From Bacteriovoracaceae bacterium (lineage in GTDB: Bacteria; Bdellovibrionota; Bacteriovoracia; Bacteriovoracales; Bacteriovoracaceae), in assembly GCA_048270185.1 (NCBI GenBank), contig JBLWTJ010000003.1, positions 96,001 through 160,000 of the forward strand: a stretch of 64,000 bases of DNA, read 5' to 3'. Positions within the stretch are counted from its first letter, which is position 1; each line of letters opens with the position of its first letter. This document shows positions 47,256 to 56,922 of this stretch, in pieces. The position numbers were made by a program, and so were the translations under genes. The notes under the pieces were generated by a model. It was not told the DNA's origin and made no database searches. It saw nothing but the letters and a program-made list of their open reading frames with translations.

Positions 47256-47861
47256 TTATGCGTTAGCTTTAATTAATTGTACTTTAAAGATTAGCGTTGC
47301 ATGTGGAGGGATTGCTTGACCGGCACCACGCTCTCCATAAGCAAGCTCAGATGGGATTGTTAATTCCCAAGTGTCACCTTCTTTCATTAGTTGAAGAGCT
47401 TCAGTCCAACCAGCGATAACACCACCAACTGGGAATTGGATTGTTTGTCCACGTTGGTAAGATGAATCAAAAACAGTTCCATCGATTAATTTACCTTCGT
47501 AGTGTACTTCAACAGTTGACTCAGCAGTAGGAGTAGCACCTTCACCGCTTTCAATTACTTTATATTGAAGACCTGTAGCTGTAACGTTTACACCTTCAGC
47601 AGCTTTATTTGTTTCAAGGTATGCTCTTCCATCTTCAGCAAGTTTATTTGCTGCTTCGGCAAGTTGTCTTGCCATGTGCTCTTGGAATTCAGACATAACT
47701 TTTTGAGTTTCTTCTTGAGAAAGTTTGCTTTCTTCTCCTTTCATTGCCGACTCTACAGCAGTTGTGAAGATTGCAGGATTGATTTCCATTCCCTGTGCAA
47801 CAAAATCAGAACCGATTTGACGTCCGATAATGTAGCTTACTTTTTCCATATGAGTTTCCAT
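47256..47861 (-). CDS. FKBP-type peptidyl-prolyl isomerase (FklB/Mip-like)
   Basis: GLQY, VHYEGKL, FDSS, VIAGWTEAL, IPSELAYG, IPPHATL. Confidence 0.95.
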   Translation of the reverse strand: METHMEKVSYIIGRQIGSDFVAQGMEINPAIFTTAVESAMKGEESKLSQEETQKVMSEFQEHMARQLAEAANKLAEDGRAYLETNKAAEGVNVTATGLQYKVIESGEGATPTAESTVEVHYEGKLIDGTVFDSSYQRGQTIQFPVGGVIAGWTEALQLMKEGDTWELTIPSELAYGERGAGQAIPPHATLIFKVQLIKANA

Positions 47862-47930
47862 AAAATACCCTTTGTTTAATGAATAGCTTGTTATAGTGGG
47901 CACCTTAACACTATGGAATGCAGATGTACA

Positions 47931-48683
47931 CTAATCGCGCAGAGTTCCATTTGGGATTCCTTGTGGATACCAGCATACTGGTCGCTCAAGTCCTAGAATA
48001 CCGTTAATCATGGTGTCCATTCGGCATTGCGCGTCAGGGTAGAAGGAGGGAGAGTTATTGATTTCTGTTTGAATATGAGTCGAAAAGTGATCAAAGCTTG
48101 TCTCTTGTCCCTGTGACTTAAAGAAGGCCTGATCTGCTTCCATGGCAGTCATAAGCCTTAGACAAGTTGCTGAATCATGTTCATCTTGTTTGGCACAAAG
48201 CTTCTCATAGGTTGGATGAAAACTTATCTCTCTCATTTGAGGGAGATACTTAAAGACGATTGGCAGACAAATCTTTGTTGCATAGTAGTCCGCTTGCCCT
48301 TCCTGGGTGCTTCCACTTTCTTTATAGGGCCCACCACCAATACCATGTCCCATTTCATGACAGGCCGTTAAGGCAAGGCCATCTGGTGTCATTTCTGCAA
48401 GTCTCGCAAAGCCTCCCATTAAATAGATACGGTGTTCAGTTTGACCTTCGTCATTATCAAATTTCACATAAGAAGCATGAACCATTTCTATATCCCACCA
48501 GTAATCTTCACTAAGGCCTGGGATAGGGAGGTTAATTTTTAAAATATCATTTGTTGAGGGTGCTAATTCGCTATATGCTTGTTTTAGAGCTAGTTTGAGC
48601 TCTTCAAATTCTGCTTTTGAAACTGCTGCAATAGAAGACTTTGTCAGCAGTGCCAAAGTAATAAGTAGGATTAACTTTTTCAT
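47931..48683 (-). CDS. Secreted zinc metalloprotease-like protein
   Basis: Signal peptide, CHEMGH (HExxH), EGQADYYA. Confidence 0.75.
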   Translation of the reverse strand: MKKLILLITLALLTKSSIAAVSKAEFEELKLALKQAYSELAPSTNDILKINLPIPGLSEDYWWDIEMVHASYVKFDNDEGQTEHRIYLMGGFARLAEMTPDGLALTACHEMGHGIGGGPYKESGSTQEGQADYYATKICLPIVFKYLPQMREISFHPTYEKLCAKQDEHDSATCLRLMTAMEADQAFFKSQGQETSFDHFSTHIQTEINNSPSFYPDAQCRMDTMINGILGLERPVCWYPQGIPNGTLRD

Positions 48684-48753
48684 AGAGACTATCTAGCCCA
48701 AGTGAGCATTGTTCACAAGTAAGTCGGAAATTTTTAGTCTAAGGGAGCAGTAT

Positions 48754-49290
48754 ATGTACCACGAAGTTACTGATTTTTGGTTTGATGAATTAAGCGATGA
48801 GCAGAAATGGCAGAAGAATCCTGACATTGATGAAGAGATAAGAAAACGATTCGGTAAACTTCATAAAATGGCCACAAGGGGAGAGCTATTTGACTGGCGA
48901 ACAAAGCACTTAGGAAGGCTTGCTGAAATTATTATTCTCGATCAATTTTCTCGTAATCTCTACCGCGATGACCCGCGTGCATTTGCCAGTGATGATATGG
49001 CCTTAACTTTGGCCCAGGAAGCAGTTTTTCAGGGGATTCATAAAGGTTTCACAAAGCAGAAAATGCACTTTCTCATTATGCCCTTTATGCATAGTGAGTC
49101 TCTTGAAGTTCAAAAAGAGGGGCTTAAGTACTTTGAGCAATTAGATTCACCTTCAGTTCTTCAGTATATGTATCAACACATGGCCATCATCGAAAGATTT
49201 AGCCGCTATCCTCATCGTAATAAGATATTGGGACGCGATTCGACAGATGAAGAGAAGGCCTTTCTTAAAGGAGCTGCTTCAAGCTTTTAG
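48754..49290 (+). CDS. DUF924 family protein
   Basis: FWF, LAEIIILDQFSRN, MPFMHSE, RFSRYPHRN..LGR.ST. Confidence 0.92.
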   Translation: MYHEVTDFWFDELSDEQKWQKNPDIDEEIRKRFGKLHKMATRGELFDWRTKHLGRLAEIIILDQFSRNLYRDDPRAFASDDMALTLAQEAVFQGIHKGFTKQKMHFLIMPFMHSESLEVQKEGLKYFEQLDSPSVLQYMYQHMAIIERFSRYPHRNKILGRDSTDEEKAFLKGAASSF

Positions 49291-49291
49291 T

Positions 49292-50548
49292 TCATCGGCG
49301 GCAGGCGACGCGATTAAATGGAATCCCTTGTGAATTAATAATTGGAATGATTTCACAATCTCGTCCTTTATCAATTTCTTTTTGAACTGCTTCCATGGCG
49401 TATTCTTTATTCTGATACGAACTAATATGTTTTGGATAATTATCAGGATTTAATTCACTAACATAGACTACTTTCTTCTTACATCTAATTTCAAAGCGAG
49501 CTTTCTTATTTTGCTGAGAGATACATTTTGAACCAAATGAAATGGCCTCAAGTGCTTGCTGTGCTTGTTTTTGACTTGCATATTCTTCAACGACACTTCC
49601 GTAAAGATTGGCGATTATTTCTCCAATACCATCATAGGCAAGTTCATCAACTTTCTTTGAAGGGGATAGATTCTCCTGTGCACTTGAACAATATTGCGCA
49701 CCTTTTTCCGTTAGGGTTTCAAGAGCGCCATCTTGTGAAGGATCTTGGCTTGCTTGACTGAAGTCAACAAAGCCACCTCCGCGTCTTTTAACTTCTTTAA
49801 TTAGATCACCGAGGGCATCGCCTGTGATATTTTTGATATCATGAAAAACTGTTATTCCACCAGTTTCACACATCTTATCGGCGACATCTTTGACGAATTG
49901 TTTTTTGATAAGTTCTTTATTTGATCCTTTGGCACGATTGTACTTACCGTCGTATTCCCAATCTCGTGAGTCTGTCGTCCAGCCAACATTCATATCATAC
50001 TGACTTGAGAGAATATCATTCACCTGATTTCTCATCTTCGTATTGGCCCCACGAAATGGTTTTCCATAAGGAAGCCTAAAGGCATAGGGCTCAGTCATAA
50101 AGCCTTTTAGGACTTGAGTTGAAAGTTCAATATTTCTTTTCTTCTGATATGATCCCTTTAGATTTCCGGTTGGATATGCTTTGTCACCATCTTTAAAACT
50201 ATAGTGTCCAAAACCATGAGAGCCAATTTTATGACCAGCTTCCTTCATGCGCTTTAGAAGCCAGCGGCGCTTCTTATTCTCTTCAATACTATTGATTGCA
50301 CCCATCACCGGAGAGTAGAGCCTCTTTTCATCTGATGTTAATTTTGCCTGCCCAGAGTTAATATAGTGTGAGTTTACAAAGAAGGTTGCTTTGATCTTAT
50401 ATTTTTCTAAGGTATCAAATACCTTATTGGTCTTGCCCAGTAGAGGCCCGTCATCAAATGTCAGGTGAATATTTTGCTTACATTCGGCAAAGATATTAAG
50501 GTTGAGTAGGGCAAGTGAGATAAAAACTGATTTCTTTAACTTTAACAT
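49292..50548 (-). CDS. Secreted polysaccharide (peptidoglycan) deacetylase, NodB/CE4
   Basis: LTFDDGP, ATFFV, GSHGFGH, FRLPYG, DSRDW, VFHD; signal peptide. Confidence 0.88.
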   Translation of the reverse strand: MLKLKKSVFISLALLNLNIFAECKQNIHLTFDDGPLLGKTNKVFDTLEKYKIKATFFVNSHYINSGQAKLTSDEKRLYSPVMGAINSIEENKKRRWLLKRMKEAGHKIGSHGFGHYSFKDGDKAYPTGNLKGSYQKKRNIELSTQVLKGFMTEPYAFRLPYGKPFRGANTKMRNQVNDILSSQYDMNVGWTTDSRDWEYDGKYNRAKGSNKELIKKQFVKDVADKMCETGGITVFHDIKNITGDALGDLIKEVKRRGGGFVDFSQASQDPSQDGALETLTEKGAQYCSSAQENLSPSKKVDELAYDGIGEIIANLYGSVVEEYASQKQAQQALEAISFGSKCISQQNKKARFEIRCKKKVVYVSELNPDNYPKHISSYQNKEYAMEAVQKEIDKGRDCEIIPIINSQGIPFNRVACRR

Positions 50549-50554
50549 GGTTTC

Positions 50555-50581
50555 TTTTCGGTTAAGAAATTGATAAATTGA
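50555..50581 (-). promoter_or_regulatory. Putative sigma-28 (FliA) promoter
   Basis: Minus strand TCAA-N15-ACCGAAAA, 6 nt before ATG 50548. Confidence 0.45.
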
Positions 50582-50620
50582 TAGTTAATTTAACTACTTA
50601 TAAAATTTTGGGAATATTAG

Positions 50621-50947
50621 ATGAAAGATGCAAAAATTGTTTGGTCAGATGACGGTGGTGATCTTCGAAAAAAGAACACGGCCACAAAAGATGGTGAAGT
50701 TAATGAATCTGAACTTGTTTTAAATATTAGACGTCTTACCTCAGGTAAAGGGCGTGCAATTATAGAAATTACTAATCTTCCGGAAAATAAGAAGTGGTGC
50801 CAAAAGCTGGCAAAGGAGATGAAGAAGTCTCTTGGCGTTGGTGGTGCTTATAAGAATGATTATATCGAAGTTCACGGTGAAAAACTTGAAGCGGTAAAAG
50901 AGCTTCTCAATAAGAAGTCACTTAAGTGGAAACAAATAGGTGGCTAG
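50621..50947 (+). CDS. yciH: SUI1/YciH translation factor
   Basis: GKGR..I, LAKEMKKSLGVGG, IEVHG. Confidence 0.85.
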   Translation: MKDAKIVWSDDGGDLRKKNTATKDGEVNESELVLNIRRLTSGKGRAIIEITNLPENKKWCQKLAKEMKKSLGVGGAYKNDYIEVHGEKLEAVKELLNKKSLKWKQIGG

Positions 50948-51133
50948 AGGCCCACGAAAAGAAATAAATTATAACTACTTAAAATTTAAGAAAAATCTTA
51001 AGCATTAAGGGGATTCTCACTCTCTTGATACTAGTGTTTAATCTTTAAACGTTCAATCTCATTATTTCAAAATGAATCCTCTCGATATCGAGATATGTTA
51101 TTTATAAGGAAACTAAATCGGAGAGAAATACGA

Positions 51134-51916
51134 ATGAAGAAAGCTATTATCCTGTCAACACTTGCCTTAATTTCAACAACAGTATTTGCTAATAGTATCG
51201 ATGAGGGCCTATCAACTTGTCGCTTCTCTAGTAAGTCTGCGGCCATTGACTTTGCACGTGCTCTTGATGGTTCTTCAAAGGCTTCTTATCGTTTATCTCA
51301 AGATGATCGCGACCAAGTTGAGGCTTGTTCGACTGCTATGACCATGGCCATCTCAGAAGGTGTCTCTTATGAAGAGCTTTCAATGCAGCTTGTGACGGAT
51401 CGTAATCATATTCAAAATGGAAGAGAGCTAAGAATTGATCTATATGGAAAAGATCGCTTCAAAGTTGAAAAGAATAAACTCATTGGAACTAAGTCTTCAG
51501 TTGAGGCAAAAATAAATATGCTCATCAATACTTATGGTGAAATCAATCATATTCAACAAAATCTGCCAGAGGAAATAGACGATAATCAGATGGGTATGGA
51601 AGTTATTTCAAAAAATGAAGTTCGTTTAACTCATAAGATCAGTAAGCTTGATACAGTTGTAAAAGCAAAAATTAAGAAATCAATACTTGGTAAGATTAAA
51701 TCAATTTCAATCTCCTCAAGTGAGCTTGAAAATGCACTCCGTCCGACTCTTGAGGCCAAAGGAATGCTCTTTGCAAAAGGCTTTGAGATGAATACGAAAG
51801 ATGTTTCATTTTCAATGGACTACGAAATTTCGGGAATGGAATGCGAAATTGATAAGCTTAGTGAAGAATTAGAGTGCCTTTCTTCATTTAAATTTGAATT
51901 GGCCGCGAAGTTCTAA
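51134..51916 (+). CDS. Secreted hypothetical protein
   Basis: Signal peptide MKKAIILS...VFA. Confidence 0.75.
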   Translation: MKKAIILSTLALISTTVFANSIDEGLSTCRFSSKSAAIDFARALDGSSKASYRLSQDDRDQVEACSTAMTMAISEGVSYEELSMQLVTDRNHIQNGRELRIDLYGKDRFKVEKNKLIGTKSSVEAKINMLINTYGEINHIQQNLPEEIDDNQMGMEVISKNEVRLTHKISKLDTVVKAKIKKSILGKIKSISISSSELENALRPTLEAKGMLFAKGFEMNTKDVSFSMDYEISGMECEIDKLSEELECLSSFKFELAAKF

Positions 51917-51930
51917 TGCCTTAAATAATT

Positions 51931-51957
51931 GCTGGGACTTATCCCCCAAGTCCCAGC
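51931..51957. terminator. GC-rich hairpin
   Basis: GCTGGGACTT-ATCCCCC-AAGTCCCAGC. Confidence 0.6.
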
Positions 51958-52043
51958 TAACTCATTAAAATCATATCAAAACCAACAAAAAGATTTAATC
52001 TCCGATATAATTACTCCGTTAAGAGTATGTAGAGAGGTTATAT

Positions 52044-53138
52044 ATGAGAAAGTCAGTCGTTTTATTTCTAGCACTTATACTTACGCAAGCTGCGTTTGCC
52101 AAAATGATTCATGAGAAAGAAGAGTATACATCTCATGATATGGTAAAAGATTTTGCGCTGGAGCGTGCTTACAAACGATTTCTCAATGTAACCAAAGAGT
52201 ATAATAAGAAGAGAGTTCAAAAACAGGACTTCGCTCAAACTTTTAGTGATTTGAATGATCGTCATCGCTATCTTGATTGGTTAGCTCAAAATGAAGTAGC
52301 AGTTCTGCCTCAGGCCAATATAAAAAATGGCGTCGCTATTATCAAAGTTGGTAAACATGAAATTCAATACTCTATTAAGACTCTAGCTGGAAATTACTTC
52401 TTACTAAATAACAAGCCAGTGGCATTAAAGAAGAGATCGTTTAATGAGTCTTTAAAATATATTAAAGGACTTGTTAAGGGGACAAAGAAGGTTACTCTCT
52501 TTGACTTAATAGTAGGGCCTGCTTATGCCGATGCTATGACAAGACTTGAGAATACTCTTATTGCAACAATTCTCTATATTAGCCATGACTTCAATGAAAG
52601 AGAGTGGTGTATTACGTGTGCAGATGAAAACCTAGCTGTTACTCAAAAAAATATTGATAAGCTTCTAAGTAAGATGAAAGGCTATTTAGATTCTTGTGAG
52701 AATGAAACATATGATGTTGAAGAAATTTATTATCAGTTAGATTTATTTACAGAAGGTGATGAGACTGCCTTTAGAAAGACTTCAGTTGATCGTCTTAAGA
52801 ATTTCTTTCCAGAGATTACAAATAATCTAAAAGATGTGACATGTGAGAACATGGTTTATAAAGCTTTTAGCGATAAGGTAACAACTGGAAAAGGTAATAA
52901 TTCAGGCTATTGGACAACATCAGTTCAAAGGGCCAATGGGAGAGCTCACTTTGAGGAAAGCTATAAGAAATTGATTCAAGATAAGTGTAATATTGTGCAA
53001 CAGCTTAATGCTTGTATGCTTAATCGAAACTATGCTGTTAGAGATGTATATGATGAATTACGCTCTCCTGGAGATAAAGAATATAGCCGTCGAACTCCAA
53101 TGAGTAAGACTTATAAAGTTAGAGGTATTTCTAAATAG
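52044..53138 (+). CDS. Secreted hypothetical protein
   Basis: GAGG RBS, signal peptide, six Cys. Confidence 0.75.
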   Translation: MRKSVVLFLALILTQAAFAKMIHEKEEYTSHDMVKDFALERAYKRFLNVTKEYNKKRVQKQDFAQTFSDLNDRHRYLDWLAQNEVAVLPQANIKNGVAIIKVGKHEIQYSIKTLAGNYFLLNNKPVALKKRSFNESLKYIKGLVKGTKKVTLFDLIVGPAYADAMTRLENTLIATILYISHDFNEREWCITCADENLAVTQKNIDKLLSKMKGYLDSCENETYDVEEIYYQLDLFTEGDETAFRKTSVDRLKNFFPEITNNLKDVTCENMVYKAFSDKVTTGKGNNSGYWTTSVQRANGRAHFEESYKKLIQDKCNIVQQLNACMLNRNYAVRDVYDELRSPGDKEYSRRTPMSKTYKVRGISK

Positions 53139-53170
53139 GAAGTTAGGGGAAACTGTGTTAAAAGGTCTTC

Positions 53171-53677
53171 ATGGAAGAAATATTTGAAAATATACTAGAT
53201 AAAATTGAGTTTAAGAAACAGCAGAAATTTGCGGAACTACTTCCAAAGTGTATCCATATTTCTAGTGATTCATCTAAAAGTACCTATGCGATTTATGAAA
53301 ATTTAATCTTCAAGCTTGATACTTTCTTCAAAGGTTTTGAGAATTTCCAAAATGAATTCGGAAGAGATAAGAAGTATATTGCCGCTTGCCATGCTCTAGG
53401 TGCAATTTTTGAAGAGCTTGGTTTTGATATTGAAAAAGAAGAACTTTTTATTCTCTATCATATTCGTGACCTTGGAAAATTTAGAAAACGTGAAAAAGAT
53501 CTTCACGATGAACTTAAAAAGTTATGGTCAAATTATCCATATAAAGAATTTGCCATGGATGATCAGGATTTCTCTCACTCGCTAAAGAATCTGATGAGAA
53601 TGAAGTTAATTGATTATCGTCGTGGAAACCTACACTCTAAGCAATCTGTAATTATTCGTTTTAGAAATCGTTATTAA
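53171..53677 (+). CDS. Hypothetical protein
   Basis: 168-aa ORF overlapping the 3' end of recQ. Confidence 0.7.
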   Translation: MEEIFENILDKIEFKKQQKFAELLPKCIHISSDSSKSTYAIYENLIFKLDTFFKGFENFQNEFGRDKKYIAACHALGAIFEELGFDIEKEELFILYHIRDLGKFRKREKDLHDELKKLWSNYPYKEFAMDDQDFSHSLKNLMRMKLIDYRRGNLHSKQSVIIRFRNRY

Positions 53678-55526
53678 GCGCTTCCAGAAATAACTTACCA
53701 AAGCGTTTTAACTTCTTTGGGCCAACACCATAGATTGATTCAAGATCATCAAGAGTTTGAGGGCGAAGGGAAGCCATCTCCATCAGAGTTTTATCTGGAA
53801 AAATCTTAAAGGCCTGAGTACGCTTTTGTTTGGCAAGCTTTGAGCGAAATACTTTAAGATTTTCAAATGTTGTTTTTGCACTACCATCATTAGGTTTATA
53901 CGTGACAGTGGAACTTTTACGAGAGGCTTTCTTTCTAGTGGCCTTCTTCTTTACTGGCTTGGCCTTGGCCGCAGGAGCACCTTTTTTGAAATCCGCTCGA
54001 ATAAAGACTTCTTTGCGATCTTCAATGACATCGATGGCCGATTGAGTAAGTCTTATTTGAGAAGTACCATCCATAATCATCTTAAGATGACCTTGAGCGA
54101 TGAGTTGACGGCAAAGAGAGTAGAGGTAGCCTTCGTCTTCGTCTTTACAATGGGCAAAGCTTGTTATGTGGTGATGGCCATTCTTTTGAATTGCACCTCC
54201 AATATTTCCTTTTAAGACATCCACAATATAGTGAACATTATAGCGCTGATCGATTTCATAGACACAAGTAAGAACAGTTTTGGCCTGCTTTGTGGCATCG
54301 ACAAGTTTCTGCTTAGTTTGAGCATTAAGGCAAATATCACAATTTCCACATGGGCCCTGATAATGATCATTAAAATAATTTAGAAGAACTTCGCGGCGAC
54401 AAGTCGTCGCTTCACTAAAGCCAAGGATCGCATCAAGTTTCTCTTCGTTGACTCGACGACGGGCCGCTGAGCCGACTCCCTTATTGGCAATTCTCTTTAA
54501 GAGTACAAGATCTCGAAGCCCATAGAACATTAATGCCTTTGAAGGAAGGCCATCACGTCCGGCGCGTCCAGTTTCTTGATAATAGGACTCAAGACATTTT
54601 GGCATATCCATGTGAGCGACAAAGCGTACATCGGCCTTATCAATTCCCATTCCAAATGCAATTGTTGCGACAACGATAACTTCTTTATCATTGATAAATT
54701 TATCTTGGACTTTTTCCCGATAGGCAGTGCTCATTCCTGCGTGGTAGGCATAGGCCTTAAAACCGGCCTTAACTAATTTGTCGGCACATTCTTCAACGCC
54801 TCTGCGTGAAAGGCAATAAACAATACCGGATTGATTATCGAGATTGGCCTCCACGAATTGTTCTAGTTTGTAGAAGTCTTTTTCTTTTGTCGTCTTCTTT
54901 TGAACAGCGTAGCTTATATTTGGCCTGTCAAATGAGCTAATAAATATATCGGCCGTATGTAGATCAAGGCAGCGAATAATTTCTCCACGAGTGGCTTCAC
55001 CGGCCGTTGCTGTCAGAGCTATTCTTGGTACATTTGGAAATTTCTTTGCGATCATTCCAAGTTGCATATATTCAGGTCTGAAGTCATGGCCCCACTGAGA
55101 AACACAGTGGGCCTCATCAATGGCAAAGAGAGAGATTTCAATTCGTTCGAGGATTCTTTGAAAATACTCATTCATCATTCGCTCTGGAGAAACGTAGAGA
55201 ATCTTAATATTTCCGTTTAAAAGATTTCCAACGATATCATCTTGTTCACTATGACTAATTGAAGAGTTTAAGAAGGCCGCTTCAATGCCGCGATCAATTA
55301 GGGCATCAACTTGATCCTTCATAAGGGCAATCAGAGGAGAGATGACAACGGCCGTTCCCGAGCGCGCCAATCCTGGAATCTGATAACACAAAGACTTCCC
55401 ACCACCAGTGGGCATGAGAACCAGAGCATTATTTCCAGCAATAACGCTTTCCACAATTTCTTCCTGATTTCCACGAAATGATTCGTAGCCAAAAATTTGA
55501 TTAAGTATCTGTAGTCCTTCTCTCAC
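53661..55526 (-). CDS. recQ: ATP-dependent DNA helicase RecQ
   Basis: [39 protein letters not shown], Zn-binding Cys, RQC and HRDC domains. Confidence 0.97.
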   Translation of the reverse strand: MREGLQILNQIFGYESFRGNQEEIVESVIAGNNALVLMPTGGGKSLCYQIPGLARSGTAVVISPLIALMKDQVDALIDRGIEAAFLNSSISHSEQDDIVGNLLNGNIKILYVSPERMMNEYFQRILERIEISLFAIDEAHCVSQWGHDFRPEYMQLGMIAKKFPNVPRIALTATAGEATRGEIIRCLDLHTADIFISSFDRPNISYAVQKKTTKEKDFYKLEQFVEANLDNQSGIVYCLSRRGVEECADKLVKAGFKAYAYHAGMSTAYREKVQDKFINDKEVIVVATIAFGMGIDKADVRFVAHMDMPKCLESYYQETGRAGRDGLPSKALMFYGLRDLVLLKRIANKGVGSAARRRVNEEKLDAILGFSEATTCRREVLLNYFNDHYQGPCGNCDICLNAQTKQKLVDATKQAKTVLTCVYEIDQRYNVHYIVDVLKGNIGGAIQKNGHHHITSFAHCKDEDEGYLYSLCRQLIAQGHLKMIMDGTSQIRLTQSAIDVIEDRKEVFIRADFKKGAPAAKAKPVKKKATRKKASRKSSTVTYKPNDGSAKTTFENLKVFRSKLAKQKRTQAFKIFPDKTLMEMASLRPQTLDDLESIYGVGPKKLKRFGKLFLEALNNDF

Positions 55527-55657
55527 TTAATTAGTTTAACCGATCAAAGACAGGCCAGCAAAGCATTATCAACCCTAATGTTAATTCTTTGTAAAAAAGC
55601 GAATTGAGCTTCGCTATTTTTGCTGTGATGCCCTAGAATACTTAAATTGGAGACTCT

Positions 55658-56248
55658 ATGAATAAATTATTATTAGTTCTATTAATTAGTTTTTCGACTT
55701 TAGCTGGAAGTAAGGTGCTATTTCTTGGTGATTCATTAACGGCCGGCTACGGAATAGATCCAGAGAAAGCCTACCCAAATCTAGTAAGAGATATTTTGAA
55801 GAAAGAGGGTATCGAGATCACTGTGATGAATGCAAGCATTAGTGGTTCAACCTCAGCGTCGGCCATGTCTAGACTTAAGTGGTCTCTACGTGGGAAGCCG
55901 GATGTCATGTTGCTGGCCCTTGGAGCAAATGATGGCCTTCGTGGAATTAAGCTTACAAGTACGAAAGAGAATTTAAAAGAGGCCATTAAACTAGCAAAAT
56001 CAAAAGGTGTAAAAGTGATCTTGGCCGGAATGCAAATTCCTCCAAATTACGGGCCTGAATATACAAGAGAATTTAAACAAATGTTTCCCGATCTAAAAAA
56101 AGAAGAGGGAATAACTCTTTTGCCATTCTTACTTAAGGGAGTTGCAGGAGATCGAAAGTTAAATATTGATGACGGAATACATCCAAATGAAGAAGGTCAC
56201 AAGGTCATTGCAAAAACAGTGGCACCATTTATTAAGGAGGCCCTATGA
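55658..56248 (+). CDS. tesA: Arylesterase/thioesterase TesA (SGNH)
   Basis: GDSLTAG, LGANDGLRG, PPNYG, DGIHPN. Confidence 0.92.
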   Translation: MNKLLLVLLISFSTLAGSKVLFLGDSLTAGYGIDPEKAYPNLVRDILKKEGIEITVMNASISGSTSASAMSRLKWSLRGKPDVMLLALGANDGLRGIKLTSTKENLKEAIKLAKSKGVKVILAGMQIPPNYGPEYTREFKQMFPDLKKEEGITLLPFLLKGVAGDRKLNIDDGIHPNEEGHKVIAKTVAPFIKEAL

Positions 56249-56922
56249 CACAATTAGTTCTATCTCTTAAAGAAGTAAGAAAAGACTTCTCTCAAGGAGA
56301 AGATATTCTAAACGTTTTAAAAGGTGTTGATCTCAATGTTTCTGAAGGAGAGACGCTGGCAATCCTTGGAAAATCGGGAAGTGGTAAATCAACTCTACTA
56401 TCACTCCTTTGTGGAATTGATCACGCAACAAGTGGGGATATTACGTATCGTGAAAACTCGTTAAAAGAATTAAATAGCGAAGAGATAACTGATCTTCGTG
56501 CTAAGCATATTGGAGTTGTCTTTCAACAATTTCACTTACTCGAGCACTTAAATGCCTATGAGAATGTTCTTCTACCTCTAGAGGTAAACGGGCAAGCTCA
56601 TCAAAGAGATCGTGTTGATTACTTCTTAGAGAAAGTCGGAATGAATCACCGAAGAAATCACTTTCCTAATCAATTGAGTGGGGGAGAAAAACAGCGTATT
56701 GCCATTGCTCGCGCCCTTGTGACACATCCTGGAGTCTTACTCGCTGATGAGCCAAGTGGAAGTCTTGATGAGAATACAGGTAATGAAGTCATGGATCTAA
56801 TTTTTGATATTGTTCGTGATGAGAAAATGAGTCTGGTTCTTGTGACTCACGATAAGGACTTAGCAAAGAGATGCGAAAAAATTTATCATCTTGAAAATGG
56901 AGTCCTTAGTCTTGAAGCTTAG
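56245..56922 (+). CDS. ABC transporter ATP-binding protein (YbbA/LolD-like)
   Basis: GKSGSGKS, LSGGEKQR, LADEP. Confidence 0.93.
   Translation: MTQLVLSLKEVRKDFSQGEDILNVLKGVDLNVSEGETLAILGKSGSGKSTLLSLLCGIDHATSGDITYRENSLKELNSEEITDLRAKHIGVVFQQFHLLEHLNAYENVLLPLEVNGQAHQRDRVDYFLEKVGMNHRRNHFPNQLSGGEKQRIAIARALVTHPGVLLADEPSGSLDENTGNEVMDLIFDIVRDEKMSLVLVTHDKDLAKRCEKIYHLENGVLSLEA

Noticed and set aside
51929..52114. 61-aa ORF
   Set aside because: TTG start with no RBS. It runs through a terminator-like hairpin and overlaps the next gene.
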